Source: Nymphaea colorata
Lineage: Eukaryota
Length of the DNA stretch: 64,000 nucleotides
Assembly (NCBI RefSeq): GCF_008831285.2
Contig: NC_045138.2
Location: 18,352,001-18,416,000 of the forward strand
Direction: 5' to 3'
The position numbers were made by a program, and so were the translations under genes. Shown here piece by piece: positions 1-11,811 of this stretch. The notes beneath the pieces were generated by a model. It had not been told where the DNA came from. It did no database searches and was given only the letters and a program-made list of their open reading frames with translations. The stretch's first letter is position 1. Each line of letters opens with the position of its first letter.

Positions 1-68
1 CAATGAGGGGAAGGAGGGATTCCGGTATACACATGGATTACAGATTTACAAGGAGAGGGTGAGTCGAG

Positions 69-2762
69 TCACCTGGGTCCGGAAACTTCCGAGCCGCATC
101 GCGTACAGAACGAGACGGGTTCGGACCCGTCCTCCACCGAACACGCGACCTGGTCGTACCCATAGGCTTCCAGGAACCGCGGCGCCCTCTCAGACTCCAC
201 CAGCCACAGCGGCGGCGCCTCGACTTCCGCCTCCCCCTCCAGCATCTTCACCACCGTCACCATACACGGCCTTCTGTTCGGCTGCTCCTGGATGCACCAG
301 AATGCTACTTTGGTCATCCGCTCTGCCTCCTCCATCTCCGTTTCCGTCAACTTCAGCCTCGCGTCCACCACCTCGTTGAACTGCCCCTCCATCGCCTTCA
401 GCATTGCCCACGCCGGGAAATAGCAGTGCCGTGGGTCCTCGGCTTCCGGCACAAAGTTCCGGCGGCCGGACACCAGTTCCAGCAACACCATCCCGTAGCT
501 GTACACGTCGCACTTCTTCGTCGCCACCGAGTAGCGGATCCATTCCGGCGCGAGGTATCCTGGCGTGCCGCGAACCGCCGTCACGACCTGCGTCGTCTCG
601 CCTTCCCCGAGCAGCCGGGACATGCCGAAATCGGAAAGTTTGGCGACGAATCGATCGTCTAGGAGGATGTTCTGAGGCTTGATATCGAGATGCATGATCG
701 GCTCGCGGCAACCCTCGTGGAGGTAAGCCAAGCCACGAGCCGTGCCGACGGCGACGAAGTGTCTCTGTCTCCAATTTAGCAAACCGGTGCTCGGCTGGTC
801 TTGTGCTTTAGTGGCGGAGGTCGACGGCCTGGGCTCGAAGAGCCATCTGTCGAGCGAGCCGTTGGGTAGGAGTTCGTAGACGAGGAGCCGGTGCCTGCTG
901 TCGGCGCAGAAGCCGCGGAGGCGGACCAGGTTTACGTGGGAGATGCTCCCGATCGTGGCGACCTCCGCCCGGAACTGGCGGCTTCCTTGCCGGAGGGTTT
1001 CGAGCTTCTTCACGGCCACCCGCGTGCCGTCGGGCAACGTGCCGCGGAAGACGGTGCCGAAACCGCCGGTGCCGAGCTTCTGGCTGAATCCATTTGTGGC
1101 GTCGCGAAGCGCCGCAAAGGTGAACCTCGGCGGCAGTCCCGGCAGCGTCTTCAGGAATTCCTCCTCTTCCAGTTCGTCCTTGTCCTCCTCGGAGTCCTCT
1201 TCGTCTTTGATGTCAGCGATCGAACTTGCTGCTCTAGGCCGCCAGACACACCGGAAGACTGCGAACACGAGGGCCAAGCAGCCGATGGTAATGCCGATTA
1301 TTGAGAAAACGCTGAGATGGCTACGTGATCGAGCCTGTGTAGCTACTAGAGTGGTGGCATTCTGGACCTTGATTCCAGCATGATATGAATCATTGGCTGC
1401 ATATTTGAGGGTATAGATGTTGCCTGAAACCAGAAAGCATTCGCCGGAGAAGTTTCGGTAGAAGTACGCGCGGCAAGCGCAGGAAGCAGAGCAGAGCGAC
1501 TCACAGGCAGTCACATTTGAAGTGTAATTTTCTGGTGGCTTCAAGTCATTGAGAAAGTAGTCGTAGGCCGGAATACGAATGAAATGGATGGCTGTCTGGC
1601 TACCGGAAGTGCAGTTAATTGCGTTCCTGGGCTTGCAGCCGGCGGTGACGTCGCTGGGGCTAATCTGGTCAAAATGATCGGCGGAATCAACCCCAGGACA
1701 GCTGCATTGCTGGCTCCGGCAGAGCCCATAGGAGCCGCAGAAGGACGGCAAATCACAACTCTGTTGGGGAGACACCAGCTCTCGTTCGGGCCGCCAGTCA
1801 AGCGAAAAATTCGAATTCCATGGCTGCGGCGGCATCAGCGCGTAGGTCCGGAGGTTTCCATCGGCGTCGAGGCGCAAGATCCCCGTGGTCGAGTCGTTGC
1901 GGTCGCCGGAATCGAGGTACGTGGAAGAATTGAGAAAAGAACAGGAAGCGGATGAATTTGATGCCCGGCCTGAGTAGTACAACTCCAACGAGAACCCCGT
2001 ATATTCTGCGAAGGACTGACCAGCAGCGGAGAGATTTGAAGGGGAGAAGCACGGCTGGACAGCGCCGGCGACGCTGAAATTGGACGTCATTGGAAGAGTC
2101 TTATACGGCTGGCCAGAATAGTATAGGACGGCACCACCGGCGTGCATTGTGAGGTTGTAAAGGCCGGAAGTGCTATCGGAGAGGGCGGCGCCCTGACGGA
2201 GCGCCTGCTCAGGAAGGAGGACGTCCGACGGGTAGTCCCAGCTCTGCCAGATGACGCGACGGGCTACTGCAAGCAACCTGGTGGACGTATTATACACTTG
2301 GAGATTGCCATTTTCTAGCATGCCGAGCATCTTGGCGCCGGAGCCGCCTAGCGTGCCGACAACGGACCCGTTGGCGTCCTTGAGAACGATGGTTCTGTTG
2401 CCGAAGAGGCTGAGGGAGCAATTTCCGGGGATGGGCCGGGAAGGGTTGAGGGACCAAACGGTAGTAGCGCGGGCGGAAGAGGGGTTGATAACAATGGAGA
2501 GAATGAAGTTGGAGTTGTTGGGTTTGAGGAAGCCGAGGATGAAGGCAGACCCATTGCTCGCGATGGGGCTTCCGGTGGAGTTGGTTGCCGGGAAAAAGGT
2601 ACCTCGGTCGGTGTTGATGGTGAGGTTTCCGGCTGACCCCGGCGACGTCGTCCAGTTCGTGGGCAATACAAAGAGTTCACCGGAGGCACAGTCCACCACG
2701 TAGAAGAGGAGGAGGAGGAGGGAGAGGAGACTGATGGTGGTGGCGGTGGTGGTGCCGCTCAT
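69..2762 (-). CDS. G-type (bulb) lectin S-domain receptor-like Ser/Thr kinase, SD2-5-like, intronless, 897 aa
   Basis: Signal peptide; B-lectin motifs (VWSLNPSRP, MLENGNLQV, IWQSWDYPSDVLLPEQ); LRLDADGNLRTY; EGF-like CDLPSFCGSYGLC; PAN CESLCSASCACRAYFY; TM segment; acidic juxtamembrane then LPGLPPRFT; complete non-RD kinase (GTGGFG, VAVKKL, HLDIKPQN, DFG, GTPGYLAPE). Confidence 0.95.
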   Translation of the reverse strand: MSGTTTATTISLLSLLLLLFYVVDCASGELFVLPTNWTTSPGSAGNLTINTDRGTFFPATNSTGSPIASNGSAFILGFLKPNNSNFILSIVINPSSARATTVWSLNPSRPIPGNCSLSLFGNRTIVLKDANGSVVGTLGGSGAKMLGMLENGNLQVYNTSTRLLAVARRVIWQSWDYPSDVLLPEQALRQGAALSDSTSGLYNLTMHAGGAVLYYSGQPYKTLPMTSNFSVAGAVQPCFSPSNLSAAGQSFAEYTGFSLELYYSGRASNSSASCSFLNSSTYLDSGDRNDSTTGILRLDADGNLRTYALMPPQPWNSNFSLDWRPERELVSPQQSCDLPSFCGSYGLCRSQQCSCPGVDSADHFDQISPSDVTAGCKPRNAINCTSGSQTAIHFIRIPAYDYFLNDLKPPENYTSNVTACESLCSASCACRAYFYRNFSGECFLVSGNIYTLKYAANDSYHAGIKVQNATTLVATQARSRSHLSVFSIIGITIGCLALVFAVFRCVWRPRAASSIADIKDEEDSEEDKDELEEEEFLKTLPGLPPRFTFAALRDATNGFSQKLGTGGFGTVFRGTLPDGTRVAVKKLETLRQGSRQFRAEVATIGSISHVNLVRLRGFCADSRHRLLVYELLPNGSLDRWLFEPRPSTSATKAQDQPSTGLLNWRQRHFVAVGTARGLAYLHEGCREPIMHLDIKPQNILLDDRFVAKLSDFGMSRLLGEGETTQVVTAVRGTPGYLAPEWIRYSVATKKCDVYSYGMVLLELVSGRRNFVPEAEDPRHCYFPAWAMLKAMEGQFNEVVDARLKLTETEMEEAERMTKVAFWCIQEQPNRRPCMVTVVKMLEGEAEVEAPPLWLVESERAPRFLEAYGYDQVACSVEDGSEPVSFCTRCGSEVSGPR

Positions 2763-5700
2763 CCTGATGGTGGCGGCGAATAGCTCTCTCTCTCTCTCCC
2801 TCCCTCTCTCCTTATAGATTATGAATGTTTACGATAAAGTTTGAAGATCGAACTCTTAGAAATCTGAGCATATGAAATACAAATGAGGGGCCGAACAAAG
2901 AGAAATCTGTTGCTCTCTCTTTCCCTCTGTGCGGGCCGATCTAATGTTGTCTTATGCGAGAGAAATTCAAAGATCCGCGTTTCCGAAAAAGTAGATACTT
3001 AGTTGCGTTTACAAACTCTCTAATTTTCTACTATTTCTCGTTTACTTCTCGTGCCTTGTTCACATCTTCGACTCCTCACCGAAAGAGAGGATGGGCAGAT
3101 GAATCTAATGACCTCTGATTTCGAGGGATCTCATCCAACTTACAGTCAACAAGTACACTAACTCCGTGTTTGCCGGGCTGGTGGCCCACGCAAAGGACTT
3201 GCAACATCGAAACAATTGAAGGAATTTTTTTGCGTAATTTCGAGTTCGTCGCCTCATTAGTATTATTCATCATATCATATTTGTATTCATTACACCAAAA
3301 CTGTAGCATATATGGATCTGGATTCAGACCTCATACCAATATCACTTATCCAGATATGAATTCCGGGTCACTTACAGCTCAATGATAGACGAGCTTCTAG
3401 GCGCCCACAATTTGAGATTTCATTTTCCCAGAAGCAAAAACTTGGTTTGGTCCCACATCACTTCATTTGGTGGTCAGATGTCACAACTCGTGTTTGTTTA
3501 GAACTCAAAACGGATGTGGTAGGTGCGACATACGTGTTCCGGATCCGAGTCAAAAGGGAGTTCAGAGACGAGCAAACTGAGGGGATCGATCACCTACCAC
3601 TTGGAAACTCCTTTGTCAATGTTTTGAAAATGGAGCTTTCAATTCATGTGAAAAGAACCGGAAATTGCTTGCATCTTTCCTTTCCAACTAAAGTCAAATT
3701 CATAATACATTTATCGTCATTACTTCAGCGTTACCTACTTCCGACGTTGGTCTTCCTTTCTTCTTTCTTCTTCTTTATGTTGCAGATAACCAACCCCAAA
3801 ATATAATATTTTAGTTTCAGAATGATATCAAATCTCTTGCACCCTTGCTTCTTTCTTGCCTTGATTTCTTCTACTTCATTGCTGTTTGATTTCTTGATGT
3901 ATATGCGGGAGTTTGTGAGGCAGCTAAATCCCGATATCCCACCCTTGTAGGGAAAACCCAGACTAGGGGTGTTAGCGATTCGAGTCGAGCCCGAGTTCGG
4001 TCCTGTTGTGAGTGGTCAGCGGCCGAGCCACATGGCGGCAGACTTCACAAAGTTTGTTTAATTTTATATTAATGCTTTGATATATTTGATTGCTTATATA
4101 TAAAAGCTCTTAAAAATATAAAATTAGTGCCGCTCCAGCCAAAATTTCTGACTCTGCTAGTGAAACCGATTGATGCTTCTTCGCCCGACCGTGCTTCTTG
4201 CATGCCTTTAAATATTAGAGCAAATAACCAGTTTGAGCTCCAATTTATTATGCTTTATACTGGTAGTTTTGCCTTGATCAATGAAAAGTCGAAAGTATTA
4301 AATATATGGTTTCAATTTTATGGGCTATGGTTGGTGCTAAGTGGGGGAAAAGAAACAGCTCCTTTTTAAAACATGTAATCAAGTCACGTTTATTTCCTTG
4401 TAAATGAAACCAATCGTCTAATTTCCTTGTATATAAAACCATGACCCTCTTGGTGCGAAGCTGCCCGTGAAAGAGCTGCATGTTCCAATTTGGCTCCTCT
4501 TAAGCTTGAGCTTAGCACGTTAAACAATAAATCACCACAGAACAAGCGTTTTTAGTTATATATATATACGAGTAGTAACGCATACATGGATTACTAAAAC
4601 TAGAATATGAAGCGAATGTGTATTGTATATTATATTATATATCAAGTTGTGAAAAAAATTGCATTAATTGAAATGAAAGGAAAGAGGATGAATATTGTTT
4701 GTTACTCATTTAGACATTGGGTTCATTTTCTAGGTTTCCCATCAGAGTTTTACAACTTTTTATGTTGTAAAAAAGGGGCCGTCAATGTGCAAGTTGAAAC
4801 ACGGTGGAGGTAGCGTCTTGAAGCCTCAAAACATACTATATACCTTGGGGATCAGGGGTAGGGTGGGAGGTTCTGCCTTTTACGAAGTAGGTCAAACCCC
4901 GCTCACCCGAAGAAGTTTCTAGAAAAATTTTGAGGACCCAAAATTCTCAGTAGCAATGAGTAGTAGCGTGATTGGTGGGATGATGCCCATTCTGAAAACA
5001 ACTGGATGGCTAATCAGAAATGTCGGCGTGAAGAAAAGGGATTCACGTTCCTAAACATACGCGGCTGGAATTCTGATGGAGTTCACTCTTTTATCAAGTT
5101 CGACCGTTTATAGCAATCAAATTCGGCTAATGGAATTCTGACTTTATTTTTGCCGAAATGGATTCAGCCAGAAGCAAAATAAGATCCGATTCTTGGTACG
5201 TAACCGCGTCACGCCTCAGTTGCATATCGGATTTTGATTTGAATTTGGTTCTATTGTTGCATATTGAACGGAACTCGATTGTTAATCAGACGCGTTTTTC
5301 TTCCACCTGATTTAATACAGTTTAGGATTCTCAGTCCTAATCTTTGAAGTCAATCGCATGGAATAAAAAGGAAGGAAAGATTTGATGGAAAAAAAATGTT
5401 AATTTGTTAAAAAATAAGAAAAATACAAGCAGGAAGGCTAGTGGCCAACATAACAAGTTAAACCAAGAGAAGCAAAATTTTATCCAGGCTTCGTCCATTA
5501 GAAATGAAGTATAAGGGAACTATGACGGTTTAAATTAAAAAAGCAATAGTAGATAGGCAAATCTGAATCCAGGTGCATGTATCTACATCTTGCTGCAAAC
5601 ATGAGTCCACAGATATTTATGACAACCCACTTTCACACTAGGACCGGATCTCTAATTTGATAGATTCCAACTTGCCTTCTAGCAGTTTCATTTTTAGTTT

Positions 5701-8700
5701 TTTAAAAAAAAAGAGATTGGAACAACCAATCACTTAACAACCTCATTTATAAGTTCACTAGATTCCTCACAATATTATATGTATATAAGTAAACATTTGA
5801 GGTATTACAGTCTACATCCTTCTAAAGCATATGCATATTGAACTGGCTTTGATACTACTGACCCGACCTACTCCCACAGTGGATTCAAACCCCTGATCTA
5901 ATGAATCCGAACCCAAATTCTAACATTTTCGGGTTTCAAAGATATGAATCAAAGCAATTACTTAACAACTCTCTTAATAAATGCCCCCAAGATTGCTTAC
6001 AATCTTAGGTAGATTACGAAGCTTTTAAATGTTACAATATTGACTTTTTTTTATGTCATTTTTTACATATTAAGACAATTTTGCAAAAGATAATAATGAC
6101 TAATTTTTGCAACAAGAGACTGTTTTGGTCGATTTGACAGATACAGTCGCCAAGTAAGTCTCCTTATTTTTATCATTCGGGGATTTTGGAGTGATACACC
6201 ACGTATCAGCATATCTGGATCAGATCCGATGTGATATTTTACAACGTTGCCTTAACCACCAGCACGTCGATATAAGATACTCAGGCACCAGTGGCGATAT
6301 GTGCTGTATAAAACACCAAGCGAGCTCATTTCTACCTTTTCAGGCTCCTTTTTTTTTTTCTATAAGGAACTCTCTTTGTGGAGGAGAAGGAAACCAGTTA
6401 ATTTAATTGGTTGCTGTCAACCAAGATCCATGAAGCCCATTCACATCCTTACCTACCTGGATTTTACGGTTTGCAGTTCAAAAAGGCTTTTACACAATAT
6501 GAAATGGGCAGTATCCTTCATTGTCAATGTTTAACGCTTGCCTGTTTTACATTTAAAATCATCTTTGCGAAGCACAGAGCCTGTTTCTTATGGTATGAAT
6601 GGGCCGGATTTGGGTTTGAAGTTTTTTTCTTTTGGTTGGGGATTTGCGTGCTAAAGGGTAGAGGAGAAGCAGCTTTTATATAATATTATCAACAAAAAAA
6701 AAAGAAAAAGAAAATTGCAACTTCTAGAATTTCAGAAGGGGCTAATTTGGATGTTAGAAGTTAAGCGGCTCGTATTCCGGTTGAATCCTGCCTTTCCAAA
6801 TCCGACATAAGTGGTGATGGGCAGTCTGTTAAATTTTTTCAGTGTATCAATGGAGATGGAGTATTTTGGATTGTCTGTTAACAGGTTAGGATCTTGAGCT
6901 ATGTAGAAGAGTTCGAGCTTTTACTGTGTATCAGTTTAATTCTGTACATTCACCATGGATTAAAGCAACTGAATCCTGCTAGCTAGGTATATATTAGTAA
7001 CGATGTCCTCCTTTGTGGAAGAGATGATATCTTCAGGATGAACAAAATGGACATCTATTCGATCAGGGTGGTGGGTTGGTAAGAGCTCCTACTTCATTTC
7101 ATTTTCTTTTTATGGGCATCACTCCTTTAAGCTACAAAACGGTCGCAACATGATGCTTTAGTTGACTGGTGTACCACATAAAAGTTTTGAAACAACCTTG
7201 AACTCCAGGAAAAGGGAGAGGGATGCAGCCTTCTTTGGGTGTTTTCCGCTCAACCAAAGTTCAATGAGACCATTTTCCTGAAGTCTGATCATGAGTAGAC
7301 ATTCAGGTGGCCTGTTCTTGTTGTTTGACTATGTTGTCAGTTTCTGATTTGTTGTTTTTTGGTAATGAAAAGGAAGGAAGCCTAATCTCCCAGCAGAGTT
7401 GCTTCTGAATTGGGTCTCATATAACCAGGTATAGAGCAGAAAAAATGAAAACCTGAACCTCATTTTTTAAAGCCGAAACTTCTGATCTGACTGATGTGCA
7501 TAAGATCCTTCATTCAAGACCCAGTTTTCATTGTCACCAAACACCTTAAACGGTGTTTTAGAATCCAAAACACCGTTTTAGGTTGTCCTCCAAACACATC
7601 TAAAATGTACATGGAAATTGAAGTATGACTATCTGCCTACCAGCTATGACCTCCCTGTTATTCGCCTTACCAATTCAAAAACGATTTGGATTCTATTTAG
7701 CTTATTTTGAATTTAGTACCGGATCCGGTGATTCAGAAACCGACATTCTTGACTTTTCCCGTTTGTTTCTCCAAACATTCTTGATTTTTTTATTCTTTTT
7801 TCGTATTTCATTGTCTATTTATGTACTAGATGCAAGATCGCATATAGATCAGACTTTATCCATTATAATACCACAAGTATGAGTAACTGACCAGTAACAT
7901 CGATACTCAAGTTAGATGAAGAGAAGCCCCTACCCACTTAAACCAGGGGTTGGTTTGATACCCTCTAACTTGAGGAAGGTAAAGAAGTTCTACATTTGGG
8001 TTGGGTTTGTGCCCATTGTAGATGCTTTTTATAAGCCTTCTTCTATTTCTCTTTTTTTCTTTTTTTTTTCAATTCAAGAACAGATCGTGTGAATCTTCCT
8101 TTTTTTTTCCCATTTTGGATCCATCTTAAAACCACACTTTCCTAAAGACAAGTTTTAGCATGTCTGAGAAGACCATTCATGAATGGACAGGTGATGTTGC
8201 GCCAATCACTGAATCAGAAGTCCTGTTCTTTTCAACTCTTGGATCGGCCGATGCCGGAAATCTTACCAACAGGATGTTCTGTGGAAAAGAATCTGCTTCT
8301 TCCCAGATTTTTTTTACTAGCGATCTGACAACTATTCTTTTAACATCCTAACAAAACATTTTTAGATGTTTCCTTTTCCTTTCTTGTTTATTCCGAGTAT
8401 TCAATTCCCGGCTTCTTTCAACTATAGAAACGATTAAAACTGTGGCGGTAAACTGTGTCCAATTATATGAAAGAACACCAATTTTGTATGTGTTTGCACT
8501 CAAAGTGTCTGCTTCTGTTTACGTGCCCACGTGGAAAAAAAAAACAAAATAGAAATAGGAAACGTCATTTGGATCTTTATGAATGATTAAGCATATTTTG
8601 CTCCGGCAATTTAGTTTGATTTAACATCTCATTTGAAAGAGAGTGGCATTTGCATGTGCCCCAAAGAATTATAACAATAGTTGGTTGGCCTGAGTAGAAT

Positions 8701-9282
8701 GCTATCAACGTGTTCTTCATTTCAGTTTTGTGAGTGTTATTTTTTTAAACTGCAAACAATGACATGTGCAACACTTGACCTGAATAATGTATCTATCCAT
8801 TTGCTAAAACAGCCCTAAAGCATATCTATATGTGTGTGCACTTGGAGGGGTTTCGACCTCTCACTCGAGTGGTGAAAGTGACACTTGCAAGTGTTTGCAT
8901 GTGTATATGTGTGTGCACAACTGAGGATGCGTTTCATTGCACCCAATGGAAGATCAGAGGTGATCTTGAGTATGTTCATCTAGTAGATGCACTCTTCTTC
9001 ACCACCTCCAAAACCCACTTGGTAGAAACGGTGAAGTATCCAACAAGATTGTTTGCAAGGAAGAAAGACTTGGTCATGTTCTTACAAGTAACAAACAAGC
9101 TTGGAACACATAAAACACTACGAATTGAAAAGACGGAATTCTGTTTGCGCAACAATGTGAGAAAAAAAAAACATAAAAAGCCATAAATCTGAAAACAAAG
9201 AAGAAACAGTTGCAGCTTAGGTAACATCATGAGACAAAAGATTATACCTTCGGAGGGTAGATGTTATAATTTTGAAGGATTG

Positions 9283-9443
9283 GTGGGGGCCGCGCGAACG
9301 CGTTCCCCCGCTGCCACAAATTATGACGTCCACTCTCCCACTTGGGGAGATGGTAGAATGACTCTCCTCCCAAGTGCAATGGAGGCAGTCACCCTAGGCC
9401 ATCGACCTTGCTGATCGCCGATAGACCCCGTCCAGGTAAGTAT
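9283..9443 (-). ncRNA. U1: U1 spliceosomal snRNA, copy 1
   Basis: Reverse complement starts ATACTTACCTGG (5' splice-site pairing). It has a loop I GATCAGCAAG, the U1A loop ATTGCAC, the Sm site AATTTGTG and a 3' stem-loop GGGGGAACGCG-TTCG-CGCGGCCCCC. About 161 nt. Confidence 0.96.
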
Positions 9444-9468
9444 GATTTAATAATCCACCTCGATGGCC

Positions 9469-9525
9469 TTTAATACACGTTCCTCGCCCCGTTCTCTCCC
9501 AAGATTGTCGATACAGGACTAAATT
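9469..9525 (-). promoter_or_regulatory. snRNA Pol II promoter of U1 copy 1 (degenerate TATA plus USE-like box)
   Basis: TATTAAA near -30 and TTAGTCCTGTATCG at about -66 to -79; the USE-like box is conserved in all three copies. Confidence 0.65.
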
Positions 9526-10685
9526 TCTTCCACTGGCCGCACATCCTCGCCCGAGGTCTACTCCTGAAACCCTTCTAGGCTTTAGCGTGCCTGCTTTTGG
9601 CCAACGCTGAAACAGAGTCTTGCCAATGAGAAATGAATCTCTTTGCTCTTAAGATGTATGAGAATTTGATTTTAACAAATTTGTTTAAGAACTCGTGATG
9701 TGAAGGAAGCTAGAGAGTGGTTGTTTTTCTTGAAAATGAGCGCAACCCGTGCATTCTACGAACCTTTTTCATCCTTTCTTATTTTCTGTAATATGAAAGT
9801 TAAAACACATAATTTTAACATTAAGTATGAGATGCCAACATTCAACACTATATGTGTTGATATGAGAGATGCATCAAATACTCTTTTTCTTTTTTGAGGA
9901 ACTATCTCACGGAGAAGAATGAACCTAGTTACCGATCCGGTACACTGACTAAGTTTGTGTAGATGTCAGACAAGATCCATGAGACCCGTTCGGTATCCGT
10001 ATCTGGATTTGGGTTATACAGGTTTAAAAGGCTTTTATACAAACAGAAAAGGAAAAATACTCTTCTTGGTCAATCATGAACGCTTTTCTGTTCCCATTTA
10101 AAGTCGATTTTGTGAACATCAGCGCCTGTTTATTGAGGTGTGGTCACACGCGTCAGATTTGCTTTTGATGGATTCTTTATTTTTTGCAATTATACAACCA
10201 GAGAAGGCAGAAATTGACATACACACAGCCAAACTGTGCACTTCAACTTGGATTTCCAAGGTACTATTTTCCCAATTTGTTTATCTTGAGTTTTCTTGAT
10301 TTCTGTTATTTTAATTTCTTAATCTATTTTAAAACTAGATGCAATATCAAATCTTCGCAGCGAGATATATGGATCAGACTAGACCGGATACAGTTTCACA
10401 GGCATGAACAAGTAAGTAGTAGGATCAGAGCACCCACTGATTATAAACCTCTTATATCTCTTTTTATTTCTCATCTCAATTCAAGAACAAATACTGTGAA
10501 TCCGTTTCTTCTTCTAAGTTTTGGAAACTGTATTAAAGTAGTTCTAGTTTGGAACCACTCCAACACTGCTTTAAAAAGAGAAGGTTGGGAATGATAACCA
10601 GTACTAATCTTTGAAATGTTGATGCCAAAATAATCAAAGTTCACGCTAAAGTGAACAGAAAGAAACAATTAAATTAAGAAGATTG

Positions 10686-10846
10686 GTGGGGGTCGCGCGA
10701 ACGCGTTCCCCCTCTACCACAAATTATGACGTCCACTCTCCCACTTGGGGAGATGGTAGAATGACTCTCCTCCCAAGTGCAATGGAGGCAGTCACCCTAG
10801 GCCATCGACCTTGATGATCGCCGATAGACCCCGTCCAGGTAAGTAT
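10686..10846 (-). ncRNA. U1: U1 spliceosomal snRNA, copy 2
   Basis: Same U1 hallmarks as copy 1; loop I reads GATCATCAAG; 161 nt. Confidence 0.97.
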
Positions 10847-10871
10847 GATTCCACCGTCCACCTCAACTCCC

Positions 10872-10926
10872 TTTTATACGCGTTCTTGGCTCCCATTCCC
10901 TCCCAAAATTATCGATACAGGACTAA
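10872..10926 (-). promoter_or_regulatory. snRNA Pol II promoter of U1 copy 2
   Basis: TATAAAA at 10872-10878 and USE-like GTCCTGTATCG at 10913-10923. The 34-nt spacing fits the 32-36 bp typical of plant Pol II snRNA genes. Confidence 0.8.
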
Positions 10927-11449
10927 ATTCCATTCACTATCTAAACCGCGTTCTCCTGCGTTCTCCTTGCCGCACATCCGCGCGGCGGTGTCTCTCGCAG
11001 CGCGAAAAATATCGCGAACATAGTGGGATTTTTGCTTTTATTCCATACATCCATACAGGCTTCAGCGTGTATCTGTTTATCTTTTTCGCGATCTTGAATT
11101 GAAGTTTGTGAAGCCTCCATTTTTCTCTCTATTAAATTAGTTGCCGGTTCTGTGACAAAATATTGATCAGATTATCGGTTTGGTGTTAGTTGCTATGTTC
11201 CAAAGCGTTTGATCGTGAATTTTCTGTGATATATTATTTTATGATAAATGTCCTGTGCCCGAGGCACGTATGGGCAATTGCCCATACTGACCCATACAAA
11301 TTATGTTTCAACATACTAATGCTTCGATTTGGTTATCTGTTTATTTACATATTGATGCCCTTTTGTTATTAATGTTTTGAAGGGTCCGCCCTTTGGAGAT
11401 TGAGTCAGAAATTTCTAACTCCACCACTAACTCCACCACTGTTAACTGT

Positions 11450-11811
11450 TAAGGTTATACAACGAATTGAGCCAACTTGAGCTCGGTCGAACTCGCTTTC
11501 TTAAGCTCGAATTATTTGTAAATGAGTTCAGCTTGAGCTTAACAGGAAACTCGAGCTTATAGTCGAACAAACTCGAGTAAGGTTGTTTATTGTAGGTTAT
11601 ATTTTCTTTTCTATTAAATTTAACACCAAGAAAAATAGTCAAAGTCAAATGGTGAGTTGGTATACAAGCTTAAACAAGTCGAGCTTGAGCAGAAGCTCGG
11701 TGTATCCAAGTGATCTCGAGCTGACTTGGTACAGGTCTATTTGAACTCAAGCCGAGCGAGTTGAGTTCAGCTGACCGAGCTCAAGATCGACTTAGATCGT
11801 GCACAGCCCTA
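11450..11811. mobile_element. Non-autonomous hAT-like MITE (CGAGCT-rich family)
   Basis: Right end CGTGCACAGCCCTA, degenerate left TIR, dense CTCGAG/GAGCT subterminal repeats; related to 52643-53050. Confidence 0.6.

Noticed and set aside
59..2703. Many overlapping or antisense ORFs over the kinase (also 27592-28945)
   Set aside because: Shadow frames of GC-rich coding sequence with no recognisable domains.
3440..3976. Possible LTR remnant (GGGGTGTTA end); similar hints at ~18620-19560 and ~57350-57900
   Set aside because: No paired LTR, PBS, TSD or coding motif could be established.
5860..5905. tRNA B-box-like GGTTTGAATCC on the minus strand
   Set aside because: No cloverleaf or A box; at most a SINE remnant.
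10811..11102. ORFs over the U1 loci (also 9229-9414 and 30018-30330)
   Set aside because: Antisense to the snRNA and its promoter; frames are not conserved between copies.
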